A stretch of 64,000 nucleotides of DNA, taken from NCBI GenBank assembly GCA_013239625.1, contig MU054323.1, positions 1,488,001 through 1,552,000 on the forward strand. The letters run 5' to 3'. How positions within the stretch are numbered: the first letter of the stretch is position 1; every line of letters starts with the position of its first letter. The notes beneath the pieces are model-generated. The model was not told the DNA's origin. It made no database searches and was given only the letters and a program-made list of their open reading frames with translations. The DNA comes from Lama guanicoe (Eukaryota). The position numbers were made by a program, and so were the translations under genes. Of the stretch, positions 49,997 to 63,897 are shown in pieces.

Positions 49997-50132
49997 CTTT
50001 AATTCTTTATAATGCAGTTCGCACCTTCTAAGAAATTCTTCATTGCGTTTCATATCCTTTTCAAGGGCAGACAAATGATGCTGAAGATTTAATATCTGGG
50101 CTTTCTTATTTTCAACCTCATTCTCCAAGTCA
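49997..50132 (-). CDS. SMC6: SMC6 coding exon (C-terminal coiled coil)
   Basis: ctactaag|T...AAG|gtaaaa, 136 nt. Translates [45 protein letters not shown]. Confidence 0.94.
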
Positions 50133-52159
50133 CTTAGTAGAAAACACAGGATTAAAAAGTACTTTAAATCTACTGAATATTACAAATATTTAGATGTTTA
50201 CAAAGAAAGACCTTTTATAATAGCTCATATACAAAACCCTATTCAGTTAAACTAGTTCTCTATTCCTACCAAGTAATTCATAACCTGAAAATATAGATTT
50301 CAAAAAACATCTTCTAAACTGGAATCAAATTTTACTTATTTCATTAATAAGTACTTACGGTATGATCTATGTGTGGCAGGCATTGTGCACAGTGATAGAG
50401 AGAGGAAGCAAAAGAATTAAGACATAAAGGCATCAGACAAAAAGGAAATAAACTGCAACATTAAAATGTAAACAAGACACTGTACTACGTGTCCACAGTA
50501 CTATGGCAACATAAAAGTGAGTCTGGGAGTGACAAGTGACTTGTGTTCTCCAAAGTTTTTACCAGCTGGACCAGTGAGAGGGAAAAATGGGAAGAAATAC
50601 ATGAAGGCATAGAGTAGTGAAACAAACAAAACTGAACAGCTCAACATTTACTGTGATGAATAAACGCTGAGTGTGTGGGGAGTGAAAGAGAGACAAAGAA
50701 AAGAGGTGGCGGGTAAGGTCAGCAGGTACAGAGCCATAAAGGGTCTGCAAGCCCGCAGAGGCACCCGTCTTGAGCAGTGACCTCTTCCTGCCACACTGAC
50801 CCACACACAACTGTCTCCGAAACTGCGTGCCTGGTGGAAGAGAACCATCTGTGCAGTTAGGAACGAGTCTTCTCTGATGAAGAGAGTATGCCAGAGTTTC
50901 TACTAAGATGTGTATTTTTCCACATTTTAACATGTCTGAATTCTGAAGTCATCTTCCAGTTCATGCTTCAACTAGCAGCATTTTTTCTTTTTTACTAGTA
51001 TATAAAATAGTGCACCTTAAATTTGATGAACTACTATAACTGTGCTTACCTTGTAGAATTTCCAAAATTTTTTTAAAAAGCAATAAATGTTAGCTGAATG
51101 AATGAGAAACAAATGATAAAATGAGAAAAAGAAGAGAGTAATTGTGGTATTTCTGGTAAAAATGGGGCCAGATGCAAAAACTTAGGATGGCTCCTTGGGA
51201 TTTAATAAGAAACATTCATTTTATGATATATAAATCGATATCTTTATTGACAAACAGCAATTTTGCTCAACAAAAAAAATTTAACCAGGCAAACAAACTT
51301 TGAAATCTAGAGCCTAAATTGAAAATAAAGACGAAAATGAGTACAAACAATATGCTGTTATCAGATTATTTTCTAATATTTAGAATACATTTAAGCAATC
51401 AACATAACTTACATGAACAAAATGGCTAAAGTTTACAGCTCCCTTTTTGCTGGGTAGACTGCACTGTTACACATTTTCATATAGGTTTCCTCCTTAGTAT
51501 TTAATTAAATTTTACGTGGAGAAAGAACATTCACTACTTCAGGAAGTATGTATTAAAACTGAGCTCAGTAGGTGTGAGCTGTCTGTGTGGGATGGATACA
51601 CGTTCTCCGAAAAGCCCGTCTGAACAGTTCACCCCTCACTCCGTAGCCCTCACTGTGCTGTGCGCCCCCGCAGCGCTTGACCTAGTTAGTACTGGTTTAC
51701 AGTCCACCTCCACCTTGTTAGTATCAGCTCCAAGACAGAGGAGTTTGTATACGTTGTTTCCTGCTGTATACTGTGCCTAGATCAGTGCCTGGCACAGGAG
51801 GTACTCACTGATACTTGTTGTTTGAAGGAACAAATAGTAATTGCACTGACAATCATTCCCAGAGCTCACACATTGTTTCAATCCTATGTGCAATTTCACA
51901 GTGGGAAGCCACACTGGATGACAAAATCGAGTCGGCACCTGTGACTAAGACTTGAGACCCTTTGCCTATGAAGAAGCCACTCTTTCCCATGAAACTGTGA
52001 AAATGATCAACTTATATAATAAAATAAAATTTAAATATTAACTTATTTAATAAATATTAAGGCTCATGTAATAGTAAATATTAAAAATATTAACAATTAT
52101 TTAATTTTATTAAGTATTTAAAACTGGGCCATAAATTGTATGTTAATAAAATAATGAGT

Positions 52160-52720
52160 CACTTGGCAACAGCTATTAAATGATTTTAAAATTCACATAT
52201 CCTTTGACTCAGCATTTTTACCATTTAAAATTTAAGCTACGTACATCCTTTGAAAAGTATGCCAGGATATACACGTGTTCTCACTGCAGCTCTGCTGTAA
52301 CAGGAGAAAACAGCAGACAACACCTACATCCATTAACAGGGTCAGGTAAATTATGGTTTAGGCAGCTGTGAATGTGCTGATGTGGAACGATCTCCAAGAT
52401 ATAATACTGAGACAAAAAAGCAAGACAAAGATACCATGTGGATACTTATACACAACACAACTATGGATGAACCTTGACAACATACTAAGTGGAAGAAGCT
52501 GGACAGAGAAGGTTGCATATTATATGATTCCATTTATATGAAAATATCCAGAATAGACTAATCCATAAAGACTAACCCAAAAGTAGATAAGCAGCTGCCA
52601 GGGGTTGGAGGCGGGCAGGAATGAGAGAGTAACAACTAATGGGGATGCGTTTTCCTTCTGGTGTGACAAAAATGTGGTGGAATTAGATTAACAGTTATGG
52701 TTGCACAAAAATCTCTAAAT
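52160..52720 (+). mobile_element. L1 3'-end relics (L1MB/L1MC-like)
   Basis: atggatgaaccttgacaacatactaagtggaagaagc...tatgattccatttatatgaaaatatccagaataga...ggttgcacaa. Confidence 0.7.
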
Positions 52721-54544
52721 TGTACACTTTAAAACAGAGTATATTTTATGGTATTTGAGTTATATCTCAATTTTAAAAAATCATATATATATGGTACACG
52801 TCTATATACTGTTCTGGAAATAGATATAAGAACTGTTGAACTATTACCTTACTTTTGAAAGAGGGATGGGAGCAAAGGGTATCACTTTTCATTGCATACC
52901 TTTCTGTACTGTTTGAATTTTTTCACTATATGCATATATTGCTTTTAATTATTTTTAAAATGTCAATAGGGACTGTGGAGAAATAAGATTATGAGCTACT
53001 TTTGTTTTCTAATTTATATTTTCCTGTATTTAAAAAATGCCAATAAATTCTTTTAAACTTCCAAATATCAGACAACTATCATACTGGTTCAAGTCAAAAC
53101 TGATTTTCAAACTATCATTTAAATAACATCAGAACTTAGTATATTTTCAATCAATAAAGTTTATCAATGTTGGAGGCAATTTTTTTAAAAAAACAATGTT
53201 CACCTGACTTTTAAAACAAAGCTCTGTCCACTACACATTGACGCAAATATTTTTAGCTAAAAATAAAGCCAATTATCAACTTCAAAAGTAAGTATTAAAC
53301 CCTTACTACTAAAATGCTAGAAATCAGGGATCCCGCTTTGCTGCTGATACACTTACAACCTCTTCTAAGAATGTGTCCTATTTTCCTAAAGATTTGGGAC
53401 ACAGATGCACAAGGCATGTTCTGTTGAAAGAAAAAGTGTGAACTGCACAGAATAACACCACCATGATAATGCTATAAATCTGCATTCATGTTTGCTTGAG
53501 TACTATATAATTTAGTCTTACCCAAAGGGCTGATTTAAGTGTTACGGCACAGTGGACAAAATTTATCACTTTACAGGTCTCTTTTATACAAGTGCATTCA
53601 AATGTTTATGGACTTTCATTCATTCTATTACAAAGACTCAGTGTCAATTTAAAATGTGTGCTGAGAGCCTTAACAGCAAGCTGCTGGTCATTCAACAGTT
53701 TTCTGTTGCTAAAAAAAAACACTTACTACACTTTCCAATAAACATTATGTCAATTTTCCTTTATGCTACTCTCATAGTAACACAAAAATAACTAATATAA
53801 TTTAAAAGCCAGATATCTCCTTCAACAAAATTCATTTCCCCCAACATATACAAGCCATTTAGAACACTTTCACTTTTACTCAGTTTTCTTAGTTCTTTTA
53901 CTTAAGTTCTAAGGTCTTCTAATTGAGGTCTTCTAGATCATTAATTTAGCTCCATCCATTCCAGCAATTCCTCAACTGACATGCTCAGTTGGAAAAATCA
54001 TGTCTTTTTGGTACCAAAAATTATTTCTGCATGCTTTGGAATCTCATTCAGTACACTCAGTCTTTCGTTCAGCTTCTTCACTGTCTCCTCCAGCAGCTCT
54101 ATTTGCATAGGCATGTGTTCTAATGGTACCAACTGCTTTTCCTTCTAGAACAGAACAACTCAAAGCACCAGTCAGAGACATAACAAGGACTTTGAGCCGG
54201 AGTATAAAGCAGCACACTTGCACTCTTGCTGAGAAAATCCAGCAAAGGTGAACAACGGTACAGTGATGCAGCTGATTCACATTCTGAGTTAAGCTCCTGC
54301 CCTCCTTGCAGACTGGCAATAAGCAATGTGCAGACCAGCTGCTCAAGCCCAGAATACTGCTGTCAAAGTGATGATGGAAAGTAAGTGTCAATCTAGAATT
54401 CTACATCCAGCTAAATGACCAATTAAGCCCAAACAGATTACTCCCTATTACTCACTGACACAACTGTTAATAGAGTAATATGAAAGGAAATGAACCCCAA
54501 AGAAGGAGTGGGAATGATACAGTAAAGCTACACTGAACACCAAC

Positions 54545-54705
54545 CTAATTTCAGAATCCACATCTTTGCTTAGAAACTTAGGTCTTGTATATTCAGAGGA
54601 ATAATAACGCCGTTCGAACACTTGATCACCATCAGCAGTAAAAGCTTCTTTGCAATTCCTGGGTGGCTTTTGGGATTGCATTACTGCACGAGCTACAGAA
54701 TTATT
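54545..54705 (-). CDS. SMC6: SMC6 coding exon (hinge end)
   Basis: ctttcag|AAT...ATTAG|gttggt, 161 nt. Translates [53 protein letters not shown](S). Confidence 0.95.
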
Positions 54706-55926
54706 CTGAAAGAAGAGAGGGGAAAATAGATGTTTAAATTATGTCAAAGCATTTCTGCTGTATACAATTTCAAAATGTTACCTATCACTACTTTAAGATT
54801 CAAGTAGTTTTATTTAAACATTCAAATGAAATAATTTTCATGAAGATAAATTTAAAAACTTAAAAAACAACTTTCAAGATTTAAAGGACTAAACTATTAA
54901 GAGTCTTTAAAATAGGAAACAATGTTTTGTGACAAACTGATATATTTTATTTTTAAATTCTAATATTGCTGTATATTTAAAATTAAAAATTATTTTAAGT
55001 ACATTTTCACATGGAAATATTTACTTTAGAAATCTTATTTTTCGTAGAAAAATGAAATTGTATTTTTTTCTAAATGACTTTTACACCCTAGAAAAGATGT
55101 GAGTGAACAGCTGATTTCAGTAAGATTAGTGTACTGAATTATGTAGGGAAAGCCTGGAAATATTTAACGTTTTACTTCCAAAAGGGAGTAAAAAGGGGAT
55201 CAGGCTTAACTGAGGTCTAACCAACCTCCTTTAGGACAGACCTTCACAAAAGGACGTCACTATTTTCTTTCAGGTATCTGTCTAAAACACAGAGGGCCAC
55301 GTTCACAGATAATTACAACACGAACCTGCAATATATATGTGCACAAGCCTCTCAGTTCCTAGTCATGAGAGAAGCAGACTCTGTTTACATTAATTACACA
55401 TTGGCTTTGAATTTCCTTGTCCTTTCTTAGCAAATTTATGCCAACAGATGAAACACAATATTGGTGATCACATCCAACAAGTACACAGAAATACATATGC
55501 TGATGAAGAATAAACACTGACTTATTTTTACAGAGCTCGAAGTTTTAAGAAAAATAATTCATAAAATATCAAGTAAAGTACTTGTTTAAAAATCAGAATG
55601 TAACAATGCATGGTATCTGTAAGGGGAAATAAAAACTGGATTTGGTAGTCAAAGAACGAACAAAAAAAATTTGATCATCATGCACCAAAAGAAGAACATA
55701 TATTGTGTCATTATTTCATGAAGAATAGCCAAAAGTTATAAAGTTCCCTGGGGCAGTAAATGCACAAACCAGCCAGCTCTGTATTAGTCTACAGGTTTTC
55801 CTATGAGGTGAAAGTTCTACAGTGAACCATCAACAACGCTATGATACAGAAGCAGAATAGGAATTTGTATAACCAACCACAGTTTAGGAAAATTAAAAAC
55901 AAAATACAGCAAGCATCTGGTCTTAC

Positions 55927-56041
55927 TTTGATCAGCAGTACTGTCTCTATGCCTCTCATGTCAATCAGGCTATTTGCCACAACTGCATTATCTATTTCTA
56001 AAGCTGTCAGAACCGTGGGGAACTCTGGATGATAAGCAGCT
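55927..56041 (-). CDS. SMC6: SMC6 coding exon (hinge)
   Basis: ctcctag|A...AAA|gtaaga, 115 nt. Translates [38 protein letters not shown]. Confidence 0.96.
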
Positions 56042-56242
56042 CTAGGAGACAAAAATACATGTGGGTTAACTTACCAAACTTAAATTATATGTTTTTTTAA
56101 ATGGGTGAGGAGATGATAGACAATAACAAAACATGGGAAATAAGTGATAACACTTGAAAACATCTGTAATAGGGTATTTCATTTTATTAGCAAACGTTTA
56201 TTTAATACTACACGCACTAGGCACTGCTCTAAACATATAAAT

Positions 56243-56435
56243 ATAGTTGAGTCTTGAACAACGCGGGTGTAAACTGCATGGATTCACTTATACACAGATT
56301 CTTTTTCAATGAATACGGTGTGCAGTGCAGTATCCACGGCCATTTGAATCAGGACGTGTGGAACTGTGGCTACAGAGGGCCGACCACGGGACTTGAGCAT
56401 CCACAGAGGGTCCTGGAATCAATCCCCTGTTGATA
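56243..56435. mobile_element. TcMar-Tigger MITE (Tigger2/MER2-like) nested in a MIR
   Basis: agttgagtcttgaacaacgcggg...cacttatacacagatt...acttgagcatcc...ggtcctggaatcaatcccc. MIR halves flank it at ~56180-56240 and ~56436-56615. Confidence 0.65.
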
Positions 56436-57019
56436 CTATATTAGCTCATTTAATCCTCATAATACTATATGAGATAAATAATATTATTCTCTTCATTTTT
56501 TTTTTAGATGAGGAAGCTTCAGAGAGTTTAATAAGTTCCCCAATGTCATAAAGCTAGCTAAGTGGTCAGGCTAGGACTTAAACCAGGCAGCTCAGCTCTA
56601 GAACCCAGATTCTTAATCATTAAGTCTTATTGCTCATTATAATTAATAATTATAATTTCTTCAAATCTTATACTGCTATCATACACAAACATAAAAGGCA
56701 ACTAATTAAAACACATTTTTAAATAGCTAAACAATTTTCTCACTGAGATAAGGAAAACTAAGTTTGTTATCAACATAGAAGAAATATGAGAAAAGATATT
56801 CTTATGAATTGTAATTTGGGCTCCCTAAAGAGATGATCTTTCAACTAAATAATTTTAGCATCTGAGCTATAATACATAGCACTGAAGTATGCACATACCA
56901 AAAACAGTAGGTGCAGAAGCAATGACTGGCTAAAGGGGAAATGGCAAAGGCAATCTTAGTGCTTTCTTAGTTCTAGAATTCCAAAACAAAGAGAAGTATC
57001 TTTGTATATATATGTTTTA

Positions 57020-59600
57020 CATCTATTCATTCATTAATTCAGCATGTACTGACTGAGCACCTGCTATGTGCCAGATACTCTCTAGAGGATGAGGAGACAG
57101 CAGGGAACAAACAGATAATATCTTTCTCCCCATGGAGCTTACATTCTATTGAAGGGAGACAGAAAATCAAGAAAAGGGGGCAAACAGTGCTTTTTTCACA
57201 GAAAAAAAGGTCAGGAAAAGCCTTACTAAGGTGACAATTAGCAGACATCTGAGGAAATGGGACAGTCACATCTACATCCTGAAAAGCCCAGGGAACAGCA
57301 CTTGGAAAGGCCCTGGAAAGGGTTGCTGGAGAAGCCAGGAGGCCAGTTGCTGTGGTGGATGAGCAGTGCAGGGGGCATGTCTGGAGACAAAGACAAGTCA
57401 CATGGGCTCGAGAGGTCGCAGCAAGGCCTAAAGAGGATGGGAACGTACAGGGTGCTTTGAGCAGAGGAATGACATGATCTGACCTCACTCTGGCTGGGAC
57501 ACTGAGAGTGTGGGCGGAAGGGAACCACAAGCAGGAAGATCAGCCTTTGCAATACTTGCTTGAGGCATGCGAATGGCTTGAAGCAGGGTGGTCACTGCAG
57601 AAGGGTTTAGATCCTGGATCCATATTCTAAAGTACAGCCAATAGGATGTGGAATGGCTGAAAGAAGGCAAGGATGGCTGAGGTTTTGGCTTGAGCAACTG
57701 AAAAATGGAGATGAAGAAGACCACAGGAAGAGCAGGTTTCAGGGTGGATATCAGAAATTTGGCTTTTAGATATGCTAAATCTGAAATGTCTATTGGACAT
57801 CAAAGTGGGAAATACAAACTGAATGTATGATTCAGAAGCTCAGAGGAAAGAGCCCCACTAGAAATACAGTCTGGTCATCATCAGTGTATGGACCACTCTT
57901 AAAGCCATGAAACTGGATGAGCTCACCCGGGGGCTCAGTGCTGGGAGCAGGTGCACATGAGAAGAGGTTTGGAACATTGACATGAGAGGTCCCCAAGTGA
58001 GAAGGAATAAGCCAGACATTAAAAAAAGAACATCTCGAGATCTGGGAAGACCAGAAGAGGGAGGTCCCAAGGATCAAGTGAAAAAGTGTTAGGGGAAGAA
58101 CGAAATGATCAACAGGGTCAAATGAGCGAGCAGTTAGGAAGGAAGACGGCAGGACCAAGTCCAGCGAGGCTCGCTGGTGCCCTGACAAGAGCTGCTTTGG
58201 TATGTGGTGAAGGAGGTTCAAGAAAGAAGGGGAAGAGAGAAATGAGAGACACAGAAAATTCTTCTGAGGAGTTTTTCCTGTAAAAGGAGGCAGAGAAATA
58301 GGATAGTTACCTTAGGAAAGAGTCCAAGTGGAAGTAAAAACAAAGATAGGAAAGAAGAGGGGGTGGGTGCTCTAGAAATGTCAAGCGGTGTCAGTGAAAC
58401 AAAGTAGGGAGTGAGGGGCAAGGGGAGAGGGAACGAGAGTCTAAGAGGGAGGGGATGTGGCAGGAGACTGTGGTGAAACGCAGCCTCTGTGGCCAGTCCA
58501 CGGAAAGGGCAGGTTTCCGTGCTGGGAAGGAGCACCTATTCCCGAGCAGGCACCTGCTAGATGAGCCTGCTCCAAAGCACCACATCAGCCACCCCTTCTC
58601 TTGCTCTACTTCCCTGGGATGTACTTCATATTGGTTTATATTACAATTAGTTGCATGCTGAGAGGTGCTGTAAGATCAGTCTAGGGGAACTAAAAGTAGA
58701 AAAGGATAGAAGCAATGACATACCAGTAGTGAGACGAGGAAAGGACCGTATGAAACAGGCTCACCAAACAACATTAAGCAGAAAGCCTAAAGCGGAAGGG
58801 AGGGACACAGGAAAACTGCAGTGTCAAATTCCAGGCAAGCACGCTGAGCCTCACTGGTAAGAGGTATCACAGGACAAACTGATTCGATGGTCCTCATTAA
58901 GCTTCAAAGAAATCTTTAATAAAAATGTAATTTCTAAAGCCAAGTAAAAGGGAAAAAATACCACAATCATATTAAATACAGAGAAAAACATGTTTAAGAT
59001 TTCGGGCGTTTTTAAGAAGTGACAACAAACCAACAATAGAGCTGTGAGAACCAGAATGAAAGGAGCGGGAGACAGAGCGAGGCCTACAGAACAGGCTGAG
59101 AACATCTGAGAAGCAGGAGAACCAGGAAAGTAGCGTCACGGTAACCAAGGAGCACAAGGTCTCGAGGAAGGTGTGTTTAACAGTATCTAATACCTAAGAG
59201 AGGGTAAACAAATAAACAAAAATATACACGTGTATCTATCGTATTTGGCAACAAGGAAATAACTGGAGAACATAATGAATATTTCAGGGCCAGAGAGCAG
59301 TGGGTCAAGAAGTGAATGCACAGTTACTCCTGGGAGGAGGAGTTTGATTTTAAGATGGGAGAGACAGATCAGTGACCTAGGATGTTAAAAGGGGTAAGAA
59401 GTCAATGGAGTAGGAAAGTTTAGAGAGTTGAGTCAAAATAATTAAAGAAATGGTTCATTAATCAGGCAAGAAAGTATGCAATTCAGAGCAAAAGTAGAAT
59501 AGCCTTAGTGAGAAAGAGTATCTCTTGTGTTGAGATGCAGCAAAAAGTACAAATGCAGACACGGTGACTGGCGGGCAACAGTAGGCTGAGGAGTTCAGTG
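57020..59600 (-). mobile_element. Long L2 LINE relic
   Basis: Starts attcattcattaattcagc...ctgagcacctgctatgtgccag (L2 tail). Minus-strand ORF fragments such as HVIPLLK and FDPVDH resemble L2 ORF2. Confidence 0.7.
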
Positions 59601-62091
59601 GCCTCTGCTTCCTACGAAGTCAGGAAACAAGGCCATCTTGATAGGAAGGAAAACTACATTTCCCCACTGTCTCCCAGAAACTGAGGCACTTTCCTATGTA
59701 CCTTGGTTGAGGTTATCCCCTTAAGTCTAATGTATCTGATTGATCGTAAGTCTACTAGTGTTTCACTTTTCTTTTTCTACATTAAAATAAAATGCCCAAA
59801 TTTTTAAATTTAGCAGCTGAAACAATTTATACTGATAAAATTCTTCACAAAAAAAATCACTCCTTTAAAATGTTGCAAAAGTTGACCCAAGACTTGTCAA
59901 TATCCTGTCAATAGTCAAAAGGATTAGCATCCAACTTCCTCACTACTCTACCAACTTTCACTTCAACCTCCTCTTACAGCCAAATGACGTGGACTTTGTC
60001 ATCCCCCAGACCTGCTGCCAGTACATCCTAACTTCTGCTCCACCACAACCTGGCACCCTTCCGGCCTTATCATGCCTGGTAAATCCACTCTCTAACTGAC
60101 CAACGTCGAACTACAGATTTTCTCCCAGTCCTCACCTTCTTCCTCACCTAGCCTAAAACGCATGGCCAACTGCCACTTTCCCAATAGCACTTCCTCAATT
60201 GCTTCCCTCCTCTTCTACTTCTGTGATACTCACCCTCTCTAAAAAATTTTAATGCAGTATTAATTCGACAGTATACATTCTCCACTCAAATTTATTTGAA
60301 AAACCCAACATTATTAGTGAAAACTCCAGCAGCCACGAGGTATTTGAATCTTAAGGGACTTTGGGTTAGCTTCCTCTCTCATTCTCCCAAACCTCTTACC
60401 CTACTCCTTGAGGACCTCGTTCTCAACACATACATCCGCCTACTTCCAAGAAAAGTGACATTACACTGTACAAAGTTAGGTCACCTTTGCACCCCTCACA
60501 GGATACCATAAGTCACACTCAGTATCCTGCTAAGAGATGGATACAATGGCTGGGAAACAACGTGCCAGCAGGGCAGTGCCAGGACTCATGGGCAACCATG
60601 CAGCAGTTCATGTAGAGCAGACAATGTATGTAGCTGTCTGGAACTACTGTTCTGGGCCCCCAAGGGCCCACGGGCAGGAGGATACACTCTACACAGATGT
60701 CAGTATCTTTCATAACCACCTCACAATTTTCAAGGTCCCCATAGGGAAATGCCCAATGACATGTCATCATACTGGCAATCCCACCAGGTGTTTAGAATTC
60801 TCCTAGTCCAGGTGCAACTAATATGTCAGGGGTCGTTTATACCATAAGCGATGTTGTCTGGTAGCACAATAGAAATTCCAGTTTTATCACATTTTCAGAA
60901 ACCTGGGATCAAAACTAGAAATTAACATAAGTTCGAATTCTCATGCAGTGAGAGAAAACACTACACTTCTAATCCCCAAATACTTATTTCTAGCCTAAAA
61001 GCTCAAAATCAGTAATTCCAAAACAAGACTTATCTACCTTTGACAGACCCACTTTTCTTCTTACACGTCTCCTAAATTAATTGATGGCACATCTATTAGT
61101 CACTCCAGCCAGAAATCTAGCTCTCGATCTCAGTTCTTCCTTCTTTTACATTCAAGTAACAGGTTTTATTGATTTTGTCCTAAACATCTTTTAATATTTT
61201 CCTTCCTATCAATAATGCAAATGCTATTTTTTGCAGAATTAACTTATGACACCATATCTCCATACACATTTCACATAGAGTATTTGCCTAGAAGGCAATT
61301 AACCCTTTCCACCACTTAACAAACCCATCAATTAGAAGACTGATCACTTATTCTCTCTTCTTTGATTTCTTTTCTAACCTATCTACTAACATTTAATTGC
61401 TCCCTCATCTGAACGACTTCTGCATCTTGTGATGGAATTTTATCAAAGCTGACAGAGAATAAATTAGTGACGGTTTAGTGTCTGCACACAAATTTATTCA
61501 AATACACGGCACACATCACTAGACTTAATTGAAAAAAGCAAAAATAAGATTTATCAGAAAAAATGGAGGTGAGAGAGAAAATAAAATTAAAAACGTTGTC
61601 TGGGAATAGGAATATATATACACGTAACTTTTTAAAAGTAAAGTGATTGGTTAGCCAGCAGCTAGCAAAGAGGCCAGTGTGGGTATGATACCCTTGAGAT
61701 GGTCTATTAGGGTCATCAAAGAAAACAGTCACAGCTCTTCATGGACTCTGTGGACAAGCTAGTGCTGAGCTGTAAACGAGTGCCAGAGTTCTTCCTCCGA
61801 CCCTTCCTCTTAACGTGGCTAGGTCTGCACCATTTCCTACATCGGTATATAATTTCTAAGCTACACAGTAGCCATTTCCCAACTGTATGTGCCTCACAAC
61901 AGACCCTGTGTAAGGGAGTATCTCTCATTTATCTGTGTATCTCCAATGCCTAGATTCAAATTAAAGACGTAGCTGGATGGAATTTTACAAATCAGTGTAG
62001 ATACGGTTAACATTAAAAATGTTTTCATTCTTTCTGAGTCTGCCCATGACTAAGCAAAACCAGAAACAGTTTTTAGTTACTGATGCCTTAC

Positions 62092-62296
62092 CTGTGTCTT
62101 ACATCATACACCTCATTCCGAAACTCAGAAACTATTATCTGCGGCCGTGAGGTCCCTGGTAGATAAAATTTTTTCATCAGTGCCTGAAGCACTCTTTCAT
62201 CAGCGTGATTATGGCAACAGTAGGCTTGCAGAAGTCCTTTCAAGCAGGATTCAATAGCCAAAGCAAGCTCAGGGTCCCGAAGATGAATACAAGCTC
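62092..62296 (-). CDS. SMC6: SMC6 coding exon (hinge)
   Basis: ttttag|GA...CACAG|gtaagg, 205 nt. Translates (G)[67 protein letters not shown](R). Phase matches both neighbours. Confidence 0.96.
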
Positions 62297-63365
62297 CTAA
62301 AAACGAGAGAAAATTATAAAAGACCACAAAAACTTACCTTAAAATAGTAGTTAAACTATTTTTTTAATGACAGTTCATAAGTGACTTCAAAATATTTTCA
62401 TCTGAAGCAATTTAAATGATACTACAGACCTTATTTTAACCAAGTGGGAAGTACCCCCATTTCACTGGATACACTGGGAATACCCACCAGATCCTGTGAA
62501 AAACCGTCCCACTCCAATGTAAGTCAACAGTGTTTTTCTGATGTATGTATATACTGTTCCAGCTTTTGAACGGTGTTTTGAAAATCAAGCCAAAAGGTTT
62601 ATAGATTCTTTATTATTTTCTGTAAAACTGGTTAATACTGGGATTTTAGATTCAGAGAGGGGAAAAAAAATGCCTCATCGATTGAAACAGATCCTGGTAT
62701 AGAGGTGCTTTTCTCATTTAAATGAAGAGACATTACTAAAATACTTAATATAGTACGTAATACTGTACTTACACAGTACTTCACCAAAAACATATTTTTA
62801 CATTTGCAGCATCATTTTCATCTAATGATGTACAGAATTAAGTGATAACTCCTCAGAACTCGATTTTTTCTTCTCATGCATCTACGAGGATAACTAAATA
62901 ACCCCAGATTTATAGTTGGAAGAGGATTTAAAAATAATGTTGTCTAACTAAACAGAAATTAAAAAGATAAGTAATTCCATGAAGGTTACACAAAACTCAG
63001 GTGGTATTGGTCTTCTAACTGTATTTTGATACCACTGCATTTTCCTAGTAATCAACTACATGCAAATTAGTTCACTGATTTATTCATTCAGGAAAAAAAT
63101 CAGAACTACATTATTCAACCCGATAACTGATTTTTCTTTTCCTAAGTTCTCCTTCTGTTGGATATTTTAGGCTTTAAAGACACAAAAGGAAAGTTACAAA
63201 GCTTAAAATGATTTTATCATTACTTCTTAAAATACGTAAAAAGTCTACATGCAACTGCATAGTTCTTTAATAACAGAGTTTTAAAACTAGATTCAACAGA
63301 CCTCTTCCTGAAAATAAAAGTGTATTTCTAATTTTTATTATATCGTGACCAATGGTGACAAATAC

Positions 63366-63544
63366 CTAAAGGGCCTATGGGTTTATAGGTAAAATGTCCC
63401 TGCCCGTAAGCATCATCTATCGCTTCAAGAAGAGCTGGAACGTGGGGGCCAAATCTTTTGAGTCGATCAGTTTTACTATCTTTCAGTTCTTTCAGTTGCT
63501 TCTGATTATAGTTCAGTGTATGCTTCATATCTAATTCTTCTTCC
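63366..63544 (-). CDS. SMC6: SMC6 coding exon (first in window; coiled coil into hinge)
   Basis: tttttag|G...TTAG|gtatt, 179 nt. Translates [59 protein letters not shown](G). Confidence 0.95.
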
Positions 63545-63833
63545 CTAAAAAACACAAGTGGAAAAAACAGAACAGATATGTGATGCAGCTGTAGAGAAAT
63601 ATTGTCTTATCCCCTAACACGTGCATACCAATGAATGACACAGCTACCCTAAAAACTAAAAGCAGATTTATTTGAAAACAATTGTATTACCAGAGAAAAT
63701 TGTCAGAAGATCTCAAAGCTTTGCATGAAAAAAAAATACAATAGTGATAAGGACTAGAAATGCCAGAAACTGTCCAACTCCACAAGTTTAAGAAAAGTCT
63801 TACTAGAAAAGTGATTTTAAAAGATCCCTCACC

Positions 63834-63897
63834 AAAAAAAAAAAAAAAAAAAAAAAATTTAAAAAAAACCCAAAAAAAAAAAAAAAAAAAAAAAAAA
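63834..63897. repeat. Interrupted poly(A) tract
   Basis: A runs interrupted by ttt and ccc. Confidence 0.85.

Noticed and set aside
60519..60806. 89-aa and 83-aa opposing ORFs in an SMC6 intron
   Set aside because: No recognisable homology or splice context. Probably an old repeat relic that I cannot classify.
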